Assembly (NCBI GenBank): GCA_965220965.1
Contig: OZ244852.1
Location: forward strand, 928,001-992,000
DNA length: 64,000 nucleotides
Source: Candidatus Marinacidobacterium sp.
Lineage (GTDB): Bacteria; Acidobacteriota; Vicinamibacteria; Marinacidobacterales; Marinacidobacteraceae
Reading direction: 5' to 3'
Shown in pieces: positions 47,727 through 55,656 of the stretch (positions are counted from its first letter, which is position 1; every line of letters begins with the position of its first letter). The translations under genes and the position numbers were made by a program. The notes under the pieces are model-generated. The model was given only the letters and a program-made list of their open reading frames with translations, ran no database searches and was not told the origin of the DNA.

Positions 47727-48413
47727 ATGCGCAGCGAAGACCGACACCGCCTCGAGACGGACGAGTTCCTCCTCCGGATGGACCGCGGGCTCGACTGGGC
47801 GATGGCGAACCGCCGGTTTCTGCTGACGGTGATCGCCGGCGTCCTCGGGGCCTCGCTCCTCCTCGGTGGACTCCTGGTGAACCGCAGCAACCGCAAGGAG
47901 ACCGCCCGAACCCGGCTGGGCATCCTGACCGCGGAGCTCCAGGGCGTCACCGGAGGCGACGAGGAGCTCGAGGAGCCCTGCGGCACGGTCCGCGGGGAAC
48001 TGGAGGGGCTGGTCGAGAGCGAGGCGGCTTCCGTAGAGGGCCGCACCGCCTCCTACTATCTGGGCGTCTGCCAGCGCGCCGCCGGTGAGCTCGACGCCGC
48101 CGCCGGCAGTTTCACGGCCGCCCGGGCGCGCCGCGACCTCATCGGGGATCTGGCGGCCTTGAGCCTCGCCGGGGTTCAGCGGCGCCTCGGCCAGACCGAG
48201 GAGGCCGCGCTGACCTATCGCAGCCTCCTCGACGGGAACGCCGGAGTGCCGTTGGATCCGGTTCTCTTCGAGCTGGGGGTCCTCGAGGAGGAAGCCGGCC
48301 GACCCGAGGCCGCCGCGGCCCTCTACGAACGGATCGCCGACGAGCACCCCGGCTCGGCCTTCGGAGACCTCGCGGAGGCGCGTCGCGACCGGATCGCCGG
48401 AGCCACCCCCTGA
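47727..48413 (+). CDS. Membrane-anchored tetratricopeptide repeat protein (YfgM-like)
   Basis: RHRLETDEF N-terminus, one TM helix, TPR-like helices, HPGS C-terminal motif. Confidence 0.75.
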   Translation: MRSEDRHRLETDEFLLRMDRGLDWAMANRRFLLTVIAGVLGASLLLGGLLVNRSNRKETARTRLGILTAELQGVTGGDEELEEPCGTVRGELEGLVESEAASVEGRTASYYLGVCQRAAGELDAAAGSFTAARARRDLIGDLAALSLAGVQRRLGQTEEAALTYRSLLDGNAGVPLDPVLFELGVLEEEAGRPEAAAALYERIADEHPGSAFGDLAEARRDRIAGATP

Positions 48414-48435
48414 CGGAGCGCGGGTCGCATCCGGG

Positions 48436-50208
48436 GTGGCCGACCTGGATCAGCCGCTGACCGGCTCCGCCGGTGTGGCGCCTCCGCCGCCCCGGCGTCG
48501 AGGCGGCGCCCGGCGGGGCTGCCTGCTGGGGCTCATGGTGGTGGCGGCGGTGGGGGCCGCCGTCCTGCTGCTGCTCGCCGGGGTGGGCCTGTTTCTCGGG
48601 CCGGGACCGACGGTTCCCGAGGGCAGCGTCGTCGTGGTTCCCGCCGGTCGCGACGACCCGGAGACCGTTCCCTTCGCCCCGTTCTTCTTCATGGACCCGG
48701 GCCCCGGTTTCCATCAGGTGATCGCGGGCATCACCCGCGCCGCCGACGACCCGAGGATCGCCGGCATCCACCTGCGAATCGAGGAGGGCGGCCTCGGATG
48801 GGGCCGGGCGGGTGAGCTGCGCGACGCCGTGATGGCCGCCCGCGAGGCCGGCAAGCGGGTCACCGCTTCGGTCACCTACGCCGGGGCGCAGGGGGTTTAT
48901 CTCGCGAGCGCGGCGTCCCGGATCACGATGCACCCCCGCGGCCAGCTCGCGCTCACCGGGCTCCATCTGGAAGTCCTCTACTACGGAGAGCTTCTGGACA
49001 AGCTGGGCGTCGAGGTCCAGTTCGAGGCCATCGGCCCCTGGAAGACGGCGCCCGAGGTCTACACCGGCTCCGCCATGACGGAGGAGAACCGCACGCAGTT
49101 GACCGCGCTCGGGGAGCAGATCCGGACGGAAGTCGCGCAGGCGGTCGCGGAGGGGCGCGGGCTCGCCCCCGAGGAGGCCGGGCGCCTGCTGGCCGACGGG
49201 CCCTGGACCGCGGGACGCGCCCTCGAACTGGGCCTCGTGGACGAGCTGGACTACCACGACGGCATCGAAGCCGATCTGGTGGGGAAGGGCGGCGGACGGC
49301 TGGTTCCCATCGGGGACTACCTCGCCTCGGCCCGCGCCGGATTCGATGCCGGCGGGCCCCGGATCGCCGTCGTCCACGTGGACGGCATGGTCGCGCCCGG
49401 CCGGAGCCGCGAGGACGTGGCCCTGGGCCGCATCTCGGGAGCGGAATCGGTCGTGGAGGCGCTCGAGCAGGTCGAGCAGGATGCGGGATTCGACGGCGTG
49501 GTCCTCCGGATCTCGAGCCCGGGCGGATTCGACAGTTCGTCCGACAGCGTCTGGCGGGCCGCGAGCCGCATCCGCGACACCGGACGGCCGCTCGTCGCCT
49601 CGTTCGGCGATACCGCGGCTTCCGGCGGATACTGGATCGCCACCGCGGCGGACCATGTGCTCGCGACTCCCATGACCACGACCGGCTCCATCGGGGTGTT
49701 CGCCGGGAAGTTCTCGATCGCCGGCCTCCTCGAGAAGGTGGGCGTCGCGGCCGAGTCGGTGGATATCGGGGGCAGCGGGGCGTGGACGAGCCTGGCCTCG
49801 CCGTTCGCGGAAACGGAGCTCCTCCGCCTCCGCGAGGGGATCGAGGAGACCTACGAGGTGTTCCTCGAGCGGGTGGCCGCCGCGCGCGGCATGACGACCG
49901 GGGAAGTCCGGGAGCGGGCGGAAGGTCGCGTCTATTCGGGCGCCGCCGCTCTCGCCGCCGGACTGGTGGACGAACTCGGGGGGCTTCCGCAGGCCGTCCG
50001 GCTTGCCTCCACGGAGGCGGGCTTTCCCGAAGACGCCCGGATCCGGACGGTCCATCTCCCGGAGCCCCCCAGTTTCGCCGACGCGCTCCGGAGCGAGCTG
50101 CAGACCGGCCTCCCGCCGGTTCAGCTTCGCGAACGCTTCCCGCTGCTCTTCGAGGCCCTGTCGGGGGTCCGGCTCACCCTCCTGCCGTTCGAACCGCGCT
50201 TTCGCTGA
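48436..50208 (+). CDS. sppA: Signal peptide peptidase SppA (67K type)
   Basis: DPRIAGI, GPWKTAPE, LRISSPGG, AASGGYW, TGSIGV, AEGRVYSG. Confidence 0.92.
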   Translation: MADLDQPLTGSAGVAPPPPRRRGGARRGCLLGLMVVAAVGAAVLLLLAGVGLFLGPGPTVPEGSVVVVPAGRDDPETVPFAPFFFMDPGPGFHQVIAGITRAADDPRIAGIHLRIEEGGLGWGRAGELRDAVMAAREAGKRVTASVTYAGAQGVYLASAASRITMHPRGQLALTGLHLEVLYYGELLDKLGVEVQFEAIGPWKTAPEVYTGSAMTEENRTQLTALGEQIRTEVAQAVAEGRGLAPEEAGRLLADGPWTAGRALELGLVDELDYHDGIEADLVGKGGGRLVPIGDYLASARAGFDAGGPRIAVVHVDGMVAPGRSREDVALGRISGAESVVEALEQVEQDAGFDGVVLRISSPGGFDSSSDSVWRAASRIRDTGRPLVASFGDTAASGGYWIATAADHVLATPMTTTGSIGVFAGKFSIAGLLEKVGVAAESVDIGGSGAWTSLASPFAETELLRLREGIEETYEVFLERVAAARGMTTGEVRERAEGRVYSGAAALAAGLVDELGGLPQAVRLASTEAGFPEDARIRTVHLPEPPSFADALRSELQTGLPPVQLRERFPLLFEALSGVRLTLLPFEPRFR

Positions 50209-50232
50209 GAAGCGGCGCCGGCGGCCCGCCGG

Positions 50233-51807
50233 TCAGCCGACCGGGGGCGTCGGCTGGGGACGAGGCGACTCCGGGTCGCCCATGTGGAGCGTGCGGGTGG
50301 GGAAGGCGAACTCCACGCCCATCCGGCGGGCCAGACGCAGGATGCCGAGCAGGAAGGTGTGCCGCTCGGTGAGCTCCTCGCTCCAGTTGGCCACCTGAAA
50401 GAAGCAGTAGACGAGGATGTCGACCGAGGAATCGCTGAACCGGTTGAGGTGGATCTCGAAGTAGTCCTGCCGCATCTTCGGGTTCTCGCGGATCAGGTCG
50501 CGCACTCCCTCGACGAAGGCCTGGATGCGATCCGGGTCGGTGTCGTAGCGCAGCGCCAGCATGTGCTTCATCCGGCGGAACTTGCGCCGGCCCATGTTAT
50601 CGACGACGGTGTTCACGACCTTGCTGTTGGGCACGCTCACCACCGAGTCGTAGAAGGTGCGGACCCGCGTCGAACGAAGGCCCACCCGCTCGACCGTGCC
50701 CTCGTGTCCATCGACCAGAACCCAGTCCCCGACCTGGAAGGGGCGGTCGCTCACGATCGCCAGCGAACCCAGCAGGTTGGCCAGCGTGTCCTGGGCGGCC
50801 AGGGCGACCGCGAGGCCGCCAAGCCCGAGACCGGCGATCACGGTCGTCACCGAGTAGCCGTACGCCTCGGCGAGGATGAGCGTCGCGATGACCACGGTTG
50901 CGATCCGCAGGACCGTCCGGGCCAGCGGAACGAGCTGATCGTCGAGGGTCGACTTCGTCCGCTGGGCGAACGCCGTCAGCCGCGCGCAGACGGCGTCGAT
51001 CACCCGGTAGGCGAGCCAGACTCCGAGCCCCGCCAGCGTCAGGTCGAGAACGATGTTCAGACCATGATTCAGGAGGACCGGCAGCCGCAGGTCCGGCAGG
51101 ACCCGCCGGAAGACTGCGACCGTGACGAACCACGCCACCGGAGCGGCGAGGCCGGTGAGCTCGTCCTCGCGCCAGGTCGCATGGCGGGCGGCCACCCAAC
51201 GCAGCGTCGGACGCAGCAGGAAGCGGAGCGCGCGGTACGCGAGCCAGCCGACGAGCAGGAGGAGGAGGGCCCCGAGTGGCTGCCACAACTGCAGGCCGAG
51301 AAGCGAGCGTTCGAAGACCGGCGGCAGGAGCTCCAGCAGTCGTCTGGCGTACCAGGAGAACGTCGCGTCGTAGAGGTCCCCGGCGCGGCGAACCGTGCCC
51401 GCGGATATGCGCCAGGCGTCATCGGATCCCCGCCGCAGGACGAAATCGGGAAGCCGTACCGGAAACGGCGCGAAGAGCGGTCGCTGCGTATCCGGGTCGA
51501 TCGTGTCCGGGTTGGCGGGGACGGACTCCATGTCCACGAACAGTCCGCGGGCGTCGAGCACCGCCTTCAGGCGGGCCGCGGTTTCCTGGCGCTGCGCGTC
51601 CGGAACCTCGGCGTCGAACTCGAGCGTCGCGGTGACGTCGTCCCAGGCGATCTGCGGCGCCAGTTGGCCGCCCAGAAACGCGTCGAGCGTTGTCCGCGGA
51701 CTCACCAACGACTCGGGGACTTCGCTCTGCGGGAACGCGAGCGAAGCAGTCCCGAGCGCCACAAGGGACGCGAGAACGGTCGGAAAAAGCTGGGAAATCG
51801 AGCGCAT
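50233..51807 (-). CDS. MscS family mechanosensitive channel with periplasmic N-terminal domain
   Basis: GLGLGGLAVALAAQDTLAN, RPFQVGDW, GTVERVGLRSTR, PNS, FAFPT. Confidence 0.92.
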   Translation of the reverse strand: MRSISQLFPTVLASLVALGTASLAFPQSEVPESLVSPRTTLDAFLGGQLAPQIAWDDVTATLEFDAEVPDAQRQETAARLKAVLDARGLFVDMESVPANPDTIDPDTQRPLFAPFPVRLPDFVLRRGSDDAWRISAGTVRRAGDLYDATFSWYARRLLELLPPVFERSLLGLQLWQPLGALLLLLVGWLAYRALRFLLRPTLRWVAARHATWREDELTGLAAPVAWFVTVAVFRRVLPDLRLPVLLNHGLNIVLDLTLAGLGVWLAYRVIDAVCARLTAFAQRTKSTLDDQLVPLARTVLRIATVVIATLILAEAYGYSVTTVIAGLGLGGLAVALAAQDTLANLLGSLAIVSDRPFQVGDWVLVDGHEGTVERVGLRSTRVRTFYDSVVSVPNSKVVNTVVDNMGRRKFRRMKHMLALRYDTDPDRIQAFVEGVRDLIRENPKMRQDYFEIHLNRFSDSSVDILVYCFFQVANWSEELTERHTFLLGILRLARRMGVEFAFPTRTLHMGDPESPRPQPTPPVG

Positions 51808-51819
51808 CGGGAGGCGGCG

Positions 51820-51892
51820 TACGCCTGGCAGGACTCGAACCTGCGACCTACGGATTAGGAATCCGTTGCTCTCTCCTCTGAGCTACAGGCGC
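51820..51892 (-). tRNA. tRNA-Arg(CCT)
   Basis: GCGCCTG/CAGGCGT acceptor stem, GCTC/GAGC D-stem, ACGGA-TTCCTAA-TCCGT anticodon arm, GGTTCGAGTCC T-arm; CCA not encoded. Confidence 0.97.
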
Positions 51893-51929
51893 GCCGGAAG
51901 GCGCCGAATCCTACCCGGCCGGTCCCGAC

Positions 51930-52487
51930 TCAGAAGTCCAGAACGACGTGAAGGCGGGCGCCGAGCCGGCGCAGCCGGGCGGCGCCTCCGAGGGCGTCGA
52001 GGCCGAGCAGGAACCCGAAGCCCACCGGGACCGCTCCCGCCCGCCGCAGCAGCCGGAAGCCGGCCTCGGCGGTGCCGCCGGTGGCCAGCACATCGTCCAC
52101 GACCAGAACCCGAAGACCGGCCCTCACCAGACCCCCCGGCAACTCGAGAGCGGAGTCGCCGTACTCGAGCCGGAAGTCCTGGGTGTGCGAGACCACCGGA
52201 AGTTTCCCCGGCTTTCTGAGCGCCACGAAGGGCGCTCCGAGGCGCAACGCCACCGGCGCCCCGAAGAGGAACCCCCGGCTCTCGATGCCGGCGACCGCCT
52301 GGATGCCGTCGGACGCGAACGGGGCGGCGAGGGCCTCCACCGCGTGGGCGAAGGCTTCCGCGTTGGCCAGGAGCGGCGTGATGTCCCGGAACAGGACCCC
52401 GGGCTCGGGAAAATCCGGGACCTCCCGGATGTGCTCCGAGAGCAGATCCCGGAGCGGGGCCTCAGCGCCGGATCCGGAAATCGTCAA
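51930..52487 (-). CDS. apt: Adenine phosphoribosyltransferase
   Basis: PDFPEPGVLFRDITP, GIESRGF, RKPGKLP, LEYG, VVDDVLATGGT. Confidence 0.95.
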   Translation of the reverse strand: MTISGSGAEAPLRDLLSEHIREVPDFPEPGVLFRDITPLLANAEAFAHAVEALAAPFASDGIQAVAGIESRGFLFGAPVALRLGAPFVALRKPGKLPVVSHTQDFRLEYGDSALELPGGLVRAGLRVLVVDDVLATGGTAEAGFRLLRRAGAVPVGFGFLLGLDALGGAARLRRLGARLHVVLDF

Positions 52488-52731
52488 GGGTTGAGCCGGA
52501 GGGGTCGGACGCCGCTTCCCGGCGAAGCGCGTCGAGCCGGCCGGGGGCGCGTCGCCAGAGCGCGCTCTCGAAGCGGTCGAGCAGCTCGGGGGCGCCATGG
52601 ACCTCCATTTCGACGGTCCCGTCCGGGAGGTTGCGGACCCAGCCGGCGACCCCCTCGGCCCGCGCGATCCGCGCCGTGGCCCAGCGGAAGCCGACCCCCT
52701 GAACCTGGCCGGACGCCACCAGCCGCCGCAT
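52462..52731 (-). CDS. acyP: Acylphosphatase
   Basis: GQVQGVGFR, GWVRNLPDGTVE. Confidence 0.93.
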   Translation of the reverse strand: MRRLVASGQVQGVGFRWATARIARAEGVAGWVRNLPDGTVEMEVHGAPELLDRFESALWRRAPGRLDALRREAASDPSGSTLDDFRIRR

Positions 52732-53897
52732 CAAGCGAGCGCCTGCTCGAGGTCCGCGATGAGATCCCGGATGTCCTCGACCCCGACCGACAACCGCACG
52801 AGGCCGTCGCCGATCCCGATTTCCCGCCGGATCGGCTCCGGGATCGAAGCGTGGGTCATCGTGGCGGGGTGGTTCGCGAGGCTCTCCACCCCTCCCAGAC
52901 TCTCCGCGATCGTGAAGACGCGCAATCTCTCCATGACCTGGCGGGCGCGCTCCAGGGAGTCCACCTCGAAGCTCAGCATGCCGCCGAACCCGGTCATCTG
53001 TTTCCGCGCGCGTTCGTGACCCGGATGCCCGGGAAGTCCGGGGTAGTACACCGCGCCGACCGAGGGCCGCTCCTGAAGCCAGCGGGCGATCTCCGCCGCG
53101 TTCGCGCCGTGCCGCTCCATCCGCAGGGCGAGCGTTCTGGCGCTGCGCAGCAGCAGCCACGATTCGAACGGGGACAGGACGGCGCCGGCGGCGTTCTGGA
53201 GGAACCGGCACCGGTCGAGAACCTCCTGGCTCGAGGTCACGAGAACCCCTCCCACGCCGTCGCTGTGGCCATTCAGGTACTTCGTGGACGAGTGGACCAC
53301 GATGTCCGCCCCAAGCCCCAGAGGACGCAGGAAATACGGAGACAGGAAGGTGTTGTCCACCACGGTGAGCGCGCCGCGCTCGCGGGCGGCGGCCGCCAGC
53401 GCCGGTAGATCGGCGATCCGCAGCATCGGGTTCGTGGGGAACTCGAGGAAGAGCATCTGCGCTCCGGCGTCGAGTTCCCGGACGGTGGCGTCGGTGTCCG
53501 AGGTGTCCAGCCAGCAGAAGTCGAGTCCCCGCCGTCGCAGCACCTGCTCGAACAGCCGGTAGGTCCCGCCGTAGCTGTCCCGGGTCGCGACGACCCGCCC
53601 GCCCGACTCCACCAGGTCGAGCGCCATCACGATGGCGGCCATTCCCGAGGAACACGCGACCGCCCCAACCCCCCCCTCGAGCGCGGCGAGACTGGCCTCC
53701 GCCGCGTCCCGCGTGGGGTTCCCGGTGCGGGCGTACTCATAGCGGCCCGGACGACCGGGAGAGGACTGGGCGAACGTCGCCGACTGCACGAGCGGCGGCG
53801 AAACCGCGCCGGTTCGCGGATCCGGGTCCTGACCGGCGTGCACCGCGCTGGTGGCGAACCTCCAGGAGGCGCGCGGATCGTCGGATCGGGAACTCAA
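52731..53897 (-). CDS. Cystathionine gamma-lyase/synthase family PLP enzyme
   Basis: YARTGNPT, SSGMAA, LEFPTNP, VDNTF, HSSTKYLNGHSD, AESLGGVESL. Confidence 0.92.
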   Translation of the reverse strand: MSSRSDDPRASWRFATSAVHAGQDPDPRTGAVSPPLVQSATFAQSSPGRPGRYEYARTGNPTRDAAEASLAALEGGVGAVACSSGMAAIVMALDLVESGGRVVATRDSYGGTYRLFEQVLRRRGLDFCWLDTSDTDATVRELDAGAQMLFLEFPTNPMLRIADLPALAAAARERGALTVVDNTFLSPYFLRPLGLGADIVVHSSTKYLNGHSDGVGGVLVTSSQEVLDRCRFLQNAAGAVLSPFESWLLLRSARTLALRMERHGANAAEIARWLQERPSVGAVYYPGLPGHPGHERARKQMTGFGGMLSFEVDSLERARQVMERLRVFTIAESLGGVESLANHPATMTHASIPEPIRREIGIGDGLVRLSVGVEDIRDLIADLEQALA

Positions 53898-53960
53898 GGG
53901 AAGAGGGCGGGCGGGAGCGGCGCGGATCTTACCGGGCGGCGACGACCCATAATCCGCAGC

Positions 53961-55649
53961 GTGCCACGCTGGATCCGCTCCGCCGCCATCCTGCCGGCGA
54001 TCTTCGTCGGGAGCCCCGACGCCGTCGCCGCACCGGACGACCCCGCCACCCGGATCGACCGGATCTTCGCGGAGTGGGACCGGGAGGACTCGCCTGGCTG
54101 CGCTGTCGGGGCGCTCGAGCGGGGAGAGTTCGTCTTCCGGAAGGGGTACGGGATGGCCGATCTGGACCACCGGGTCCCGATTACCCCGGATTCGGTGTTC
54201 CGGATGGCCTCGGTCTCCAAGCAGTTCACCGCCGCCGCCACCCTGATCGCCGAGGATCAGGGGCTGCTTTCCCTCGAGGACGAGCTGGCGGAGCACTTTC
54301 CCGATCTGCCGCCCTGGGCCGAACGGGTCCGCATCCGGCATCTGCTGCATCACACCAGCGGGATCCGCGACTACCTGGTGGTGATGAGCCTTCGGGGGCA
54401 GGGGGACGCGGACTTCTACACCGACGCCGACGTGCTGGAGGCGCTCCGGCGTCTGGAACGGCTCAATTTCGAGCCGGGAACCGAATACCTCTACAGCAAC
54501 TCCGGCTACTGGCTCCTCGCCCGGCTCGCGCTCCGCGTTGCGGGGCGGAGCCTGCGGCAATTCGCCGCCGAACACCTGCTCGGCCCGGTCGGGATGGACC
54601 GCTCCCACTTCCACGACAGCCACCGCGAGGTCGTTCCCCATCGGGCGCGCGGATACCGGCCGCTCGAGGGCGGGGGGTTCGAGCTCGACGAGACGAGGCT
54701 CGAGATGGTGGGCGACGGCGGGCTCTACACCTCGGTGAACGATCTGCAGCAGTGGGAGCGGATGTTCCTCGACCCGGCGGCCTTCGGCCCCGACTTCGTC
54801 GAGCGGATGACCTCCCCGGGGCGGTTCGCCGACGGCGCGGAGCAGGTCTATGCGTCGGGGCTGGCGCTGGGCCGCCATCGCGGACTCAGGACCGTCGAAC
54901 ACGGCGGCGGCTTCGTCGGTTTCCGCACCCACTCGCTCCGTTTTCCGGATCACGACTTCGCGGTCTTCGTGCTGTGCAACGCGGCGAGCGCCGCGCCCGG
55001 GACCCTCGCCCGCAGCGTGGCCGAGGTCTTCCTCGCGGACGCGATGCAGCCGGAGGCGGCTTCCGACCGCGCCCCTCCGGCCTCGCCCGGGCGGCTGGCG
55101 CCCGGACGGTTCTTCTCAGCCCGTCTGGGAGGCGCGGCCGAGATCCGGACGGATGACGACGGGGCGCTGGTTCTCACGCGGGGCGGGTTCCGCAGTCCGC
55201 TGCGCGATGAGGGGAATGAACTCACCGCCGGCGTCGGCCCCGATCGGCTCCGCCTGACCCCGACCGCGGAAGGGTTCGCGCTTCGTCAGACCGGCCAGCG
55301 CGAGTTCCGATACCAGCGGGTCGCTCCCTGGGCGCCCGGACTGGAGGCCCTGGTCGGTCTTGCGGGGACCTACCACTGCCGGGAACTGGAGGCCGACTAC
55401 GAGATCCGGGTGGACGCCCGGCCCGGCCTGACTCTGGTCCTCGCCGGCGGCCAGGAACGGCCGCTCGAGCCGTTCGCGCTCCTGGAAGCGGACGCGGACG
55501 CCCGTCCGTCCGCTGTCTTCCGCTCGGAGGGGGGGACCGTCAGCTTCCTCCCCGACCCGGCGGCGCCGGAACGCGCCCGCGGCTTCACGCTCGCCGCCGG
55601 CCGGGCCCGCGGGTTCGTCTTCCTGAGAGTCAGGGGAACCGGGCCGTGA
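53961..55649 (+). CDS. Serine hydrolase, beta-lactamase class C-like
   Basis: ASVSK (SxxK), LLHHTSG, YLYSNSGY (YxN), HGG. Confidence 0.9.
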   Translation: MPRWIRSAAILPAIFVGSPDAVAAPDDPATRIDRIFAEWDREDSPGCAVGALERGEFVFRKGYGMADLDHRVPITPDSVFRMASVSKQFTAAATLIAEDQGLLSLEDELAEHFPDLPPWAERVRIRHLLHHTSGIRDYLVVMSLRGQGDADFYTDADVLEALRRLERLNFEPGTEYLYSNSGYWLLARLALRVAGRSLRQFAAEHLLGPVGMDRSHFHDSHREVVPHRARGYRPLEGGGFELDETRLEMVGDGGLYTSVNDLQQWERMFLDPAAFGPDFVERMTSPGRFADGAEQVYASGLALGRHRGLRTVEHGGGFVGFRTHSLRFPDHDFAVFVLCNAASAAPGTLARSVAEVFLADAMQPEAASDRAPPASPGRLAPGRFFSARLGGAAEIRTDDDGALVLTRGGFRSPLRDEGNELTAGVGPDRLRLTPTAEGFALRQTGQREFRYQRVAPWAPGLEALVGLAGTYHCRELEADYEIRVDARPGLTLVLAGGQERPLEPFALLEADADARPSAVFRSEGGTVSFLPDPAAPERARGFTLAAGRARGFVFLRVRGTGP

Positions 55650-55656
55650 CGCCCGG

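Noticed and set aside
51820-51892. Genomic island or prophage integrated at tRNA-Arg
   Set aside because: No integrase and no duplicated tRNA 3' end seen in the window
53961-55649. True AmpC beta-lactamase resistance gene
   Set aside because: HGG instead of KTG and a long C-terminal extension fit generic serine hydrolases or peptidases
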